From Setoptus koraiensis (lineage: Eukaryota > Animalia > Arthropoda), in contig CM106585.1 in assembly GCA_048013815.1 (NCBI GenBank), forward strand, positions 14,446,001 to 14,510,000: a DNA stretch of 64,000 nucleotides. The letters run 5' to 3'. The notes under the pieces were generated by a model. It saw nothing but the letters and a program-made list of their open reading frames with translations. It searched no databases and was not told the origin of the DNA. Positions within the stretch are counted from its first letter, which is position 1. Every line of letters starts with the position of its first letter. Of the stretch, positions 25,254 through 37,784 are shown one piece after another. The position numbers were made by a program, and so were the translations under genes.

Positions 25254-27408
25254 TTACACCGCAAATTGAAGTAACAGTATAATGCCAGATGTGACCCACC
25301 CAAAAAGCTGAAAAATTTTGATATAATGATGAAATTCAATAGTTAGTAGAATAGATGTTATGCATCGTTCAATCTTTCGCCCAAAAATTCTCTTACCGTC
25401 GGCAAGTTGCCAAGTGTCAACGGATATATGTGGCCAATAACAAAGGCGACATTGTTGATGTCACCTAAATCCTCCGAAACATACAGCAATTTTTGCAGGT
25501 TATGGCCACTCATGAGCGACTGATGGATAATTAAATTTTGCAGAGCGTAATGGATTGCTTTGAACTGTATTGTTGAAGCAAAGGATAAAGTAATGTATGA
25601 TCAAAGAAGAAGCACAGTTGGATCAGGTCAGTTGATAATTTAGCCTGGTTTTTGTAAAAGAAAAACTCAAAATCACCGCCCGGCACTCGTAAACAATTAA
25701 TTATTCGACATTGCTCGAGATACTCATTATTAATGCTCATTAATTAGAGTTATCGGAAGCGTTCATTAATTGGAAGTAATGTGCTATTTACCTTGCTGTG
25801 TATAATTGTGGCGACAAAGCTAACCACTACGATGGGAATCCAGTAAAATGAAGAAACTATTTGCACTGCTAGAAGTTGTAATTCCTCAATTTCGGTCATT
25901 TGCATGAGCGTTGCTACCGTAAAAATAAGACAGGGTGTCTTAAAGATTAGTTCCATATGCAAATAAAGAGTATAAGACCGCTTCATTTGATCCATATCAG
26001 AGCGTAACTCTAATATCATTCCAACAAGTCTTTCTATACTGTTTGATAGATCCACGAAACTTTTGTTTTGTTTTATGTTCGTTGCGCAGAATGAGTGGCG
26101 AATCTGACGATTCTTTTGTGATATTATATCAATTTTATTTATGGCAAGGGAGTTTCGTCCACGAACCGTCCCACGTCTGCCGAAATTTTTAGAGCTGCCA
26201 ACATCAAACGAGTTATATTTTCTAGCTCTTCTCACTCTTACAGGTATGATAGAAACCATCATCATGTCATTTGTTCGTTTTCTATGATTCCAGTGAAGAT
26301 GGATTACATGCGAGGCATAATCCAATGTATGTTTTCCCTTATTTTGTATGGCCACACAATCAACAATAAATTTGGCTATGTCTACCATTTGGAAAATAAA
26401 ATTGGCAGTGGTGCTAACAGACATCAAATAAGGAATTAAACGTTGCTTAGCGAATGAAAGATTTGAAATTTTGCAATAATTTACTTCAATCTGGTAAGAT
26501 ATTCTCCCGAGAACCACTGCTGCAATCAATACCAACAAAGTGCCAACAGTGGCTAAGTAGGACATTATTCTCATTGCAAATAAATCAACTTTGTGAGGTT
26601 TGCCATATTTAAGAAGCTGCTCCGAGAATTTGAGCTGATAGTTTATCTCACGGAATTCATCGTCAAAATTGAAAAGTTCCTTCTCATCGTTCTGAATACC
26701 TCTTGGATAATTTGGATCATATAAATTCTGCAGTTCTGTACCAACTACGCAATGTTTCGGATTAGATTCTTCACTTAGGCATTGTTCTTTTGGTGCAACT
26801 TCATCCGACTTCATGAGGTCACTTCGAGATGGACGAATCGACTCACCTTCGGGCACTTTGAGCATGTTCTTTCGGCATACCGTATCAGTGGCTCCCGCGA
26901 TATATAACCATGCTCGTAAAGTTAATTTGATTTCTATCATGTAAGTTGTTGTCCTGGCAATGAAGTCATCGTAGCGATGGCGTTCATTTAACGTTCTCTT
27001 AAGGTTTAGGAAACGAATCAAGTACGTCTCAAACAGCAATATTGCCATAATTTTATGTGTCATACGGGAGTATTCATACGGTGCATAAGCGTTAGTTATC
27101 AGGTTTTTCTGTTCCATAAACGAAATTTGGCTTTTGCTAGCGAAACCGTAGATTGCTGAACTAAATAATGAGTATAATGACACGGACGCATCAAATATCA
27201 TCCAGATTAGGTAGGTGTAATTTTGCCGTCTTATTTCCAGTAATAACTCTATCTGATATCGAATTCTACTTATTGCTGTCTTCTTTCTATACAAAAACTG
27301 CATTTTTTTCTTGAATTCGTCATAATCGAATAGAAGATTCGTTGAACCGTTGATGAGCAAACAAATATAAAGAATATGTAGAAATACATTGAATTTTGGT
27401 GAATCCAT
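25254..27408 (-). CDS. Gustatory-receptor-like 7TM protein, paralog D (612 aa)
   Basis: ATG at 27408 (MDSPKFN, homologous to the other starts). Exons 27408-25792, 25564-25397, 25307-25254; ends LFGWVTSGIILLLQFAV*. Confidence 0.8.
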
Positions 27409-27997
27409 TCTATAGTTCGACAGTGATAACTGATGGAATTTTCTCACAGTTTTCTAATCAGATCAAACTTATCTGATTACTATAAATTATCTGAATATTC
27501 TAATTGGAAAGTTCCGATGGAACGATCGTGAACTTGTGCAGCAAATTAAACTGGCCAAAAGTTTCTCTAAGCAACATAGGTGCACTGTTTACAACCAATT
27601 GACCGACCATTTTCATCTTTATACTTTCATTGTATCACGCAAATTTTATTATTTGATATCAACTACGTTCAGGATGCACGCCATGATGCCTTTGGTGAAT
27701 ACTTTTTTTGTATTCTCGAACCATGCACGAACATCAGTTTACTTTTCCTAACCCTTTAAAACTTCTATCGCTGATTGGGAGTCACCCTTTAACAAGATCA
27801 TAAAAAATTAGATTAGAAAGCCAGAGGAACCTGACAAGAACAAAATTCAGTTTAAATCTAAAACCAATTTTGTTGTGGCATGCTTGCCTAATCAGAATGG
27901 TGTAATTTCCTTTATTCCTAATTCGCACAATATCGAGGTGTCCTCAGTTCAAAGAAACAATTGATCAGTCATGTTTACGCAGGTATAAACTGGGATT

Positions 27998-28037
27998 GGC
28001 GAATTGCCAAGTGTCAATGGATATATATGGATAACAA
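27998..28037 (-). pseudogene. Degenerate fragment of GR-like exon 2
   Basis: Translates VIHIYPLTLGNSP versus VIGHIYPLTLGNLP in D; 36 of 40 aligned nt identical plus a 3-nt gap; splice donor lost. Confidence 0.65.
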
Positions 28038-28361
28038 CAGGGAGAAAGATCCCTTAAACACCACCGGTCTAGCATGTCAAGGATATTTACATTTTCTCTT
28101 GCTTTGTTTTTTCTTTTGGTACTAAGTATTTACCATTAGTGTTTCTTTCATTAGTTGGAATTTCAAGCACGAACAAGTTATGATTAATGATTACGTTCTC
28201 GGAACTCATTTCCTATAGCACACGTGCTTGAATTAAAATTATCATATATGAATAAATTATATTCTTAGTCTATTTTAAAGCCGTACAACTACGGCGTACG
28301 ATTGCCAGTATCAAACTGCGACAAAGACATATGAACTCATGTCACGCATTCATTCAATATT

Positions 28362-30353
28362 TCATAATGCAAACTGAAGCAACAATATTATGCCTGATAT
28401 GATCCATCCAATAATCTGTAGAAAGTATTGTAACGTAATGAGAGGGGAAATTTTAGACAGTGACAGATAAAATAAAAGCCAGCTCCCTGTCGAACTCTGT
28501 CCTCATGATACTTACCACGGGCAAGTTCCCGAGTGTCAATGGATATAAATGTCCGATAACAAAAGCGATATTCTTGTCAGAGGTCAAATCCTCTGACACG
28601 ACCATCAATTGTCGCATGTTACCTTTGCTTATGAGTGATTGGTGCCGCATTAAATATTGGAGTACGTGATTTAAGGCGACAAACTGGAAAGAGATGTGAA
28701 ACGTATAAAAGATATGAGAAAATCGATAAAAATTCCATTGCAATAACAATCAATAAATGCACGAGATTAGATAATTTGTACTTATGTAATATTTTAGATT
28801 CTTACCTTGGCATGGATAAGGGCGGCACTGTAACTGACCACTGCAAGAGGAATGCAGTAGCCCGTAAACATGCATTGTGCAACTTCAAGTTGAAGCTTGT
28901 CCAGGTCTTTCAATTTGGTGAGGGCGGCAATCGTCAGCATAACACAGGGCATTCGGATTATGAGTTGCATATGCAAATCGAAGGTGTGAGAACTCTTCAA
29001 TTGATCCAAGTTCGTGCGCGATTCGATTATCATTCTAATCAATCTATCAATTTTATTTTTGTATAACTTAATCAAATTTCGCCTCCTTGTTTCTGTTGCT
29101 TCATGGTTGCCGATAGCAACAACGGAAGCAGGAAAGTGAGCATAATAACGTGTGCCAATCGTGCCGATTTTAGAGCTTCCGTTTCTGGTGCATTGCGAGC
29201 AAAGTTGGATTATCTGTGAGGCGAAAATCACTGTATATTTTACCCTCAAATGGCAGACCAAACAATCCACGATGAATTTCGAAAGATTTATGGACATGGC
29301 TACATTGCAGAAAATGACTACGATCATCAATAAATACGCAAAAAGACGCTCATTGAGAAATAATTCTAATGAGTTCTCACAATATTTGAGCTCAATCGAT
29401 AGAGAAGCATATGCAAACAATGCCGCCACGATAAATGTGAGCAATGAAAAACAGATAGTACTATAGCACAACATTCGCATTGTCACTAGGTCCACTTTAT
29501 GAGGAGTGCCGGTCCTGGCGAGTTCTATCGGAAAATCGAGCTGATAGTTGATCTCACGGAAGTCATCTTCGAAATTGAACAATCCTACGTTGTCTGTGCT
29601 TTCCGAATCGTTTTGATGCGAACTCGTGCCTCCTCGGCAGTGCACAACAGGATGGCGATTTCTTGTGTTTTCCTTAAAATTTATATAGGCACTTGATCTT
29701 TTTCTACCCAGTGGATTTGTGGTCAGAAATTGAGGCGCACTCATTTCGGGATTAGTAGAACAAGTGGCGTTTTTATGGTGTGCTCTGTCACGACAGCGAA
29801 CGGCATTGGTGAGACCCATAATATAAAGCCAAGCTCTTAAAGTTAAATTGAGGTTCACCATGTAAGTCCCCATTTCGGCAGTAAGGTCGTTTTGCTTTCT
29901 AGCAACAATAGTATTTCTTGCGTTTCTCAAACGGACACCGTAAGTCTCTATCATAAGTAGTGCAGAAACTTTGTTGATTGTGCGAGAGTATCCGTAAAAT
30001 AGAAAGTAGTCACTGGTCCAAATCATCTGCTCCATTCGCGAAATAAGACTCTGGCTACCGAACCCGTATAATAATTGGTGAAACAGTAAGTAGAGTCCGA
30101 CAGAGAAATCTATTATCATCCAAATCAAATAGACACGTCTATGTCGTCTGATTTTGAGGCATGAATCCAGTCGATCCGTCGTCCAGTGCCAAAAGTTACG
30201 CTCGGACTCATTCTCATGGTGTGGTACTGAGTTTTTTTCATCATCTTCAACCAGGAAATACCCAGAATTATTGATGAATGTCACAGTAAAAATCAAATGA
30301 CGAAATATATTAAATTTCACTGAATCCATCGTGTTCACTGTTGTTTCAACCAT
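28362..30353 (-). CDS. Gustatory-receptor-like 7TM protein, paralog E (589 aa; 581 aa from the homologous Met at 30329)
   Basis: Exons 30353-28806, 28683-28516, 28415-28362; ends IIGWIISGIILLLQFAL*. Confidence 0.8.
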
Positions 30354-31358
30354 TCAAAGATGTTCAATTTTCATCTTTTCCTGTGCACACATATCAGCCA
30401 CAAAGTTATTCGCCACTATTCAAAAAATGTTTGTGCTCGAAATTTCGTCTTGAAACCCAGCAAAACCCAGGTAAGTATGAGTGAAATTCAGCTCAGTAAA
30501 ATACATTCAGTTGTTGAGATACTCACCACTACCTTATTCTCTTCCAGTAGTGTGAACACCTAAATTGATTCTTTAATTGGTTGTAGACTGCCGCATCGTA
30601 TTGTATGGATAGTGACGGAACATTAGCAAAAGTTTTACTCTATCGTAAGAAACAAACATTTTTCTCCTAAGTTTAGCTACAAATGAAAAACTCCCACTTC
30701 CAATGTCGACCCCGTAACTGCGGTGACTTAGAAATCATCGGACTAACTGCGCTCTGAACACTATTTTCGGCTGTCCGTCACGAATTTAACAGTACTGTTC
30801 TCTTTTTCAAGTGCATTGTAGAAAATAATAATAACTATTATTCATTGTTCTTATAATAAATAATTGATGTGTGTACTATATATTTGTTATATTCGGACTA
30901 CTGTTCCAGAGAGGGAGCATTCCAAGTATGCTGCTAAAATAGAAAACGAAGCATTGGACTTATTGGTTTGGAGATAAATAAATCTAAATAGATTTAAACA
31001 GAATGACGTACTAAAAGAGAACTGAATACATTCCAGCTCAACCCATTCATTAGGCAAAGAAACAAGCTAGCAACATTGTGCTATCTCACCTCCCCACTTC
31101 CTATTTGTCTAGACAAGCAGGTAAATATTTGGATAAGTGCTTGTATTCTCATGTTGAACTAAGGCCTAGTTTGGCTCATAAGTAGGTTATGAGAGCTCTA
31201 TGAGGGTTAATTTCTCTTCTCTTTATCTCTCTCCTTCCCTATATATTGACAACGATTTAATAGATTGTTGCACAACTTCCTAATGTATTTCCAATGCATA
31301 ATGTACATTGTACGTAATAATATCATGAGGTGTTGATTGTTGACAAGTATAAGATATT

Positions 31359-31699
31359 AGTGTCTGGCCCATAAGAATAAATTATTCTTCATCACGCACC
31401 ATTCGTTAAATCGGGATTGTCAGCGATAAGTATGTGACAGGTCTGAGAACTCGGCCTGCGGTCCCGTAGTTGGAGGCCGTCACATCTCCGTCGTCGCTGG
31501 AGCGACGACTGCGTGTGACGGGAACCCTTCGGGCAGGGTTGATGGGCGCTTCGGGTTTTGGGTTTCGGGCCTCGCTCTCAGCCATCCGCTTACATGACTG
31601 CAATCCAAACACAGCTGCAGTGATAAAATGAGAGAAACAGACATGGATACAGGGTGTTGCGCTCACCGCGACCGCACAGGGCCCGGCCACACTCTTTTT
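31359..31699 (+). ncRNA. Candidate structured Pol III ncRNA, RNase P/MRP RNA-like (about 340 nt)
   Basis: GC-rich island with a bulged terminal helix 31359-31370/31679-31693 followed by CTTTTT. AGGTCTGAGA-N4-GGCC at 31439-31456 resembles CR-I/P4-P7 of nuclear RNase P RNA. Many nested helices and CUUCGG motifs. P3 and CR-V are not canonical. Confidence 0.5.
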
Positions 31700-31721
31700 G
31701 TGCGTCGAACAGCGATATCGA

Positions 31722-31960
31722 GGCAACCGGAAGTGGTAGAAGATTAATTTTGATTTCATCGTGCTTCGCTAGGTGTCATCTACCCGAATATGAATTTTCA
31801 GAGCTCTATCTCAATCTTTTAGTAACTCCGGAACCGGAAGTTTCCTGGCTTCCGGTCTACTCATTCCATGATGTTGGGCCCCTACGGGACTCATGTGTGA
31901 AGTTTCAGCGAAGTCTGAGTGGGGACCTAATCGCTAGAACACCCAGAAAAGAATCGCAAA
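31722..31960. mobile_element. Possible degenerate DNA-transposon/MITE fragment
   Basis: ACCGGAAGT twice and an inverted CTTCCGGT within about 130 bp, a style of motif seen in arthropod non-autonomous repeats; no termini identified. Confidence 0.25.
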
Positions 31961-32063
31961 TAAGACATTCAGAGTGGAAATTTCATCCAACCATTTGAGA
32001 AAAAAGCTGAGCATCATGATTAGACATTTATTGTAGAAGAAGAGGATAACAGAAATTGTTATG

Positions 32064-35029
32064 TTATGAGGGAAAGATCTGAGGCCTGATTTTTGGGCCC
32101 ATCTTGCTTAGTTTTGTATCAATAGGTTGATTGGTGTCGTAGAGACCAGGGGCCTGGAAAACTAGAAATGCTGTGCCAGCGACACAAACTACACTAAATA
32201 CCATTAGGAAGAAACGATCAATCATAGTGGCAACATATCTCCAGTGCTCTTCCACCTGAGCATGATGAAGGGATTGAAAAGAATGAGAAAGATCGATAAT
32301 AGTAAGTTTTGAATTGAAATTGATTGAGATATTGAGATTGAATTGTTTAATTTTCGTACCTTGTTATAGTTTTCTCTATTTTCCATGCGCTTCGCAACAA
32401 AATCCAGACTCAAAAAGGCATTGGCCACTTCTGTTTGATGACCGCACAATGATATCTCCTCTGTAGGATAGTTGTCATGATCGCATTCTAAAATAGTTTC
32501 AATCTGAGGCTCGGCGCTCGAATCGCGATATCGATCGTCTTTTCTGCGCATATCCTTTCTCATTTGACCACAACAAACTTCGTGATTAGTGTGACATCTT
32601 TCGCAGGGACACTTCAGTGGCGAATCACAAATCAATTGACAAGTGTTTCTGTGCAAAGGGGTCCGGTTGTTTGTCGAAGATTGACGATGACCGTTGTTGT
32701 GGCAACTATTGTGTTGTGAATCATGACGACGGCATATAAAATTATTAGTACTACTACTAAGACTGGGTTTTGTTTGCCAATTATGATTGTCTGATTGATT
32801 CCAAGTGGCCTCGTGGTAGCCCTCATCTTCGGCATCAGTGTTGTTTCTCAATATTTGCTGTTGCGGCCTGTTAGAAAAATAATCATGCCTGTTGGATTGC
32901 CGATGATTGTCTCTCAACGTATGACAATTGGTACATCTGACTAATTTCAATTGCTGTTGCTGATGATTTTCGTGATGGTGGTGCCTATGGCGTCTGGCCA
33001 AAGAGTTAGTACGGCCACCCTTGTGACATTGGTCGCATGTTTTCAGCTTCATGGAGCTCATCTCTTCGATTTTTTGATCGTTGTCCCTCTGGCCCATCAA
33101 CGATATAACTGGCAATACCTTCATATAAAACCACCTTTCAAACCGTGACATTTTGTGCGTGGAAGAGGTCCGAAAGCTTATATTGAGAACAAATATTGTT
33201 GCGCCCACCGATAGTGTAACCAAGAATAACGTGAATAGTAAATACTGGCCAAGTAAAGGCACAGTAAATGAGGTAGGCGGTATGATCTCAATAAGACACA
33301 GAAGAAACACGTCAACCGAGACCACAATAGAAATACTCAGCGAGATCTGTCATGTTATGTTATCCGAATGATGTACAAAGGATGAGATGGAATAATGGTG
33401 CAATTAGTGAATTAATTGTGTTAGCTCGTGCAAATGAGTTAAGTTGCTGCTAGACGGTGACACGTAAAACTTTTCATTACACATAACTCACCTTCTCGTT
33501 ACTGTCAGATGGGAGATAGAACACCAGAATAGATAGTAAGGACATGACGATGCACGGTATAATGAGATTGACCGTGTAGAAAAGAGTCTTCCTCCTCAAT
33601 AATATATTGAAAGTTATGTCTGATTGATGACGAGAGTTTCCATTCCAACAATCCGATTAGATAAAACAATATTCAAGATGATAATTTAAGAGTCAATCCA
33701 TGGTCGAACTTGAGAGCTTCACAAATGACAAGTGATCGATAAAAAATGCGTGATTGCTAATCAAGAACTCACCTGTAAATGCACCCAAGCAACAAGTGTA
33801 AGACTTCTCTTTTCTGGTGGCTGGCACCGCCATGACATCCCATTCGACGCTCAATAGAAACTCGCTTAGATCTATGCCAATTTCAATGACATCGGAGTAG
33901 TTAGATGAATTTGTGTCGGGTTGGTTGATGTGTCGTAGATCGATCTGTGTCACGACGTTCGGATTGTTTTAGCATCACATATGAGCAGGAGAATCGGAAT
34001 GGAAACAATCCGACTACTATTAAAAACTTTTTCTGAAACGACAAATGAAATTGACCACCAAATCAAATCGAAGTTTAGTTCACCTACCTGATTGCCTGTC
34101 CATGTCCAAGTGCTATGATTACATTCATTGAAACAAAACACATATGATATAGTATACAACATGATACAATGTACAATATGTCGCATCAGATGAAGCTATA
34201 GAATATCGCTTATTACTTACCCGAATTTGAGTATACAATTCTGCTGATCGAAGGGAAAATACGATACATCAATGTGGCAAGAGCTTTTGTAAACTGCCGG
34301 GGGTTTCCAAATGACGCGCCCGTCATGGTGTAAAGTAGCCTTAGTTAGAATAGTGACCTCGTACTGACCATCGGCACTACGTGTAAGACAAAAATGTGCG
34401 TTGATGATTAATTGATGATGTGTGTGGATTGAATGTTGAATTGATTAATCGAAAATGAAATAGTTACGCAATAATCAACTTACTTATTGTACAACACCAA
34501 ATCAGGCAACCAGATATTGTCGGCGGGTACATGGAGCTACGCATACACAGCATCGAAACAAAACGTAAACCAATAGGCGTGAAGATACTATTACAATATG
34601 GTCGAACAACTATTGATGCAAGATAATAGTGATAACAACGGAAAAGATGAACTCACCTTGGTTAGACCGCCATACTCATCTGGGTCCCACTTGAGCTTGT
34701 AATCTGTCCACTCTTGTTCCACCCAGACAATGGTGGTCATCATTTGATAGCGGAGATTCTGTGTGTTGGGCATGCAATTGGTTAATGTTGAGCCTGATAA
34801 AGTTAGATAAGTGAATTGGTAATTGCAAAATTTGCCTACTGACCACATCGATTAGCTGGGACAATTTGATGCCCATTTTAAGCACTAGAACATCGCTATT
34901 GTTTCCAACTGGCCGCACGAATCTATTGTATGACGTCATTAGGTCCTCGTAGAGACGCTTTGCGTCGTTGTTGGCCTCGGCCGATTGAGCGAGGATATTG
35001 GCGATTAAGTAAAGCATCCATAGCAGCAT
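32064..35029 (-). CDS. Nicotinic acetylcholine receptor alpha subunit (666 aa, 9 exons; insect alpha1-4/alpha8-like group)
   Basis: Exons 35029-34844, 34758-34657, 34536-34484, 34376-34221, 34112-34088, 33944-33773, 33619-33492, 33346-32360, 32255-32064 join in frame (2001 nt). Signal peptide, [21 protein letters not shown], Cys-loop [15 protein letters not shown], loop C YTCC, loop F insert LRH...IGIDL, four TM segments. Confidence 0.96.
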
Positions 35030-36164
35030 GTTGAATGTTGTGCACTGCGTTCTGGCAATTACTAACCATTATAAATAAATATTTTTTTTTTCTAGTAACC
35101 GAGCCATTAAATTGATGCTAACCAATAGCTAACCCACTCGTTATTGGGTTAGTTTACTGAGGCTCCGCAGAACTGCAGGATAAGGCAAAGCTGCAGAGCA
35201 AAGCACAGCACAGATTTGTGGCACAGACTGAGGGCACAAAAACTCGCACAGATTATGCATCAACAAAATACAACTAGGTTATCACTGGAATAACATTTCT
35301 GGAAGTATAATATAGTAAATAAATAAATTCTGATATCATGATATTCTTGAGATTAGGCCCGGATACCCTTTAATAAAATATCACAAACCATATATCATAG
35401 TCGCCAGCATAAAAACATATTACGGTTACATAACAACAACACCAACAACAATAACTATTATTATTTATTTACAACAACAATACGTTTGCATCATGCAACG
35501 AACGGTTTGGTTTTACACACCGAGACAATAGTTTCATTTGAATTCAATATTGGTATTCTACATGTCTACCAGCCACTATAACTGTGTCCGTCACATCAAT
35601 CGACTTATATGATATTATATCTTTTTGCATCTGCCCAACAATCTTCTGAAATAAATCAGGAATTGAAGCAGCAATTAAGATTCCACAGGAACGATATCAC
35701 TAAATCCTTTATATTACGCTAATAAGCTGCCTGGTAACATATAATCAAATTATGATATTATCAATACTTTAATGTTGTTGTTGTTGATTTTGATTGTTAT
35801 ATAATGATGGTATATCTTTTCGTAATTAGCTCATTATAAATAACTAAATACAACCAATCAACAGTCCAGCGGATTCCTGTCGACCCATCTATTTCACAGA
35901 ATAATATTTCATCAAGCCTACGACTTAACCACCAATCAAAACATACCTCTCTACTCATTCCACCGCCCATCAATGAATGAATTAGGCCCGATATTAGCAA
36001 CATCCGATAACTGCGCAATCAATTGAACGTTCGGACTTATCAATATATTGAACAAAATCAACCTCTGCTGACCGATTCAATTACTATTTATTATCGAACC
36101 AGCCTAATAGCATTAGTAAAACATTAGTGAGTGAAAGCAAGCTGATTTTCTTTTGCATATTAGA

Positions 36165-37217
36165 ATGGATATTAAGAAGCACAGACAACAAAGAGAACGA
36201 CACTCTGAGAATTCGGATGTGCCTGTCGCTGACGTGGCCGCAATACCATCTGTCAGTAATCAACTATCTATCTACGGTAATGACTCCATTAATCAACAAT
36301 CCACTAATCAACTATCGGCTGTAGCCCTCTTCCAAACACAAACACAAGCCCAGTTACCCACAACAGCCAAACCACATCCATCACAACAGGATCTTACCGC
36401 ATTGTTTGAATGTCCAGTTTGTTTCGACTATGTTGTGCCTCCGATACTTCAATGTCAAAATGGCCATTTAGTGTGTCAGCCATGTAGAACAAAAATGTCA
36501 TATTCAACATGCCCAACATGTCGTGTGTCTATAGGATCATTGCCATCTATCAGAAACCTTCAATTGGAGCGACTAGCATCGACGCTTTTTTTTCCATGCA
36601 AACATAGTAGTACTGGTTGCACAGTTAAACTATCTTGTACAAATAAACTTGATCATGAGGACTCCTGTAAATACAAACCGTATCCATGTCCTTGCCCCGG
36701 AACTTCCTGTAACTGGGTTGGACAACTCGATCAAGTTATGGCACATCTAACTAACCAACATAAGAGTATAACAACCTTAAATGGTGAGGATATTGTTTTT
36801 CTAGCCACAGATATAAATCTTAACGGGGCTGTTGATTGGGTCATGATCCAATCTTGCTTCAATCAACACTTTTTACTTGTTCTTGAGAAGCAGGAACGCA
36901 ATAATAGACATCAATTTTTTGCCGTCGTACAACTGATAGGATCTCACAGACAAGCAGAAAAATACAATTATAAACTAGAACTAAATGGACACAGGAAGAG
37001 ACTTCAATGGGAGGCAACACCGCGATCAATTTTAGACGGAGTACAAAGTGCAATCTCTTCATGCGATTGTCTTGTATTCGATGCCCAAATGGCTCAGCAT
37101 TTTCTCTCTCCTATCCAAAAAGAAGGCGCTAACCTGGGAATTAATGTGACAATTACTAAACTAAACGATAGGCCAGAAATAATGTCGACCAATGAATCAG
37201 CTACAAAACACCCATAA
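36165..37217 (+). CDS. sina: Seven-in-absentia/Siah RING E3 ubiquitin ligase (350 aa, single coding exon)
   Basis: RING FECPVCFDYVVPPILQCQNGHLVC...CPTCR, zinc fingers, substrate-binding domain (VDWVMIQSCF, RLQWEATPRSI, LGINVTI). ATG at 36165. Confidence 0.97.
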   Translation: MDIKKHRQQRERHSENSDVPVADVAAIPSVSNQLSIYGNDSINQQSTNQLSAVALFQTQTQAQLPTTAKPHPSQQDLTALFECPVCFDYVVPPILQCQNGHLVCQPCRTKMSYSTCPTCRVSIGSLPSIRNLQLERLASTLFFPCKHSSTGCTVKLSCTNKLDHEDSCKYKPYPCPCPGTSCNWVGQLDQVMAHLTNQHKSITTLNGEDIVFLATDINLNGAVDWVMIQSCFNQHFLLVLEKQERNNRHQFFAVVQLIGSHRQAEKYNYKLELNGHRKRLQWEATPRSILDGVQSAISSCDCLVFDAQMAQHFLSPIQKEGANLGINVTITKLNDRPEIMSTNESATKHP

Positions 37218-37784
37218 CGTTGAGTGGGTCAACTATTATATATTTTATATTAATAACATTACGGCCTGACCTCAATTCGGATAAAAACTGTTACAATCTA
37301 CTATCTTACCTTATAACACATTTTATAAAATAGATCACAACTGAACTATCACACCATTCGAGTGCGTGAAAAATTCCTTCGTGGGCATTGAATTGTTTCA
37401 TTCAATTTTTTATTAGATCTAGTATTATGGGGATAAATGCTTTTTATCTAGTCGATCGAGTGATAAATTAGTAATATTTGAATCGAGATTGAGTAGAGTG
37501 ATCCATAGGGTCATAATTGAGTCAGCAACTTGTCAATGTGCTAAAGAAGAAGAAGGAACATTGAATAAATAAATATTCTCCGAAGACTGAAAAAGTGAAA
37601 TCTACATCGTGCGAGACAAACGACTGGGAATCTTGTATAAAGAAAGTTGATAATGATAAGATAGACATTTTAATATAATAAGTTATAATAAGTTCTTGAT
37701 TAAATTCATTTTTGTGTGATACTTTTAGTCATATTGTTTTTATCTTGGATAATTCATCTATCCCAGGAACGTGAGGCCCTTGAA

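Noticed and set aside
13666-30353. Horizontally acquired or viral origin of the AT-rich paralog array
   Set aside because: Conserved spliceosomal introns and the GR-type C-terminus point to a native arthropod family.
36153-36164. ORF-track non-ATG starts (Siah 36153, paralog D 27447, nAChR fragments 33325 and 32255)
   Set aside because: GTG/TTG starts are not expected here; in-frame ATGs or splice acceptors explain these ORFs.
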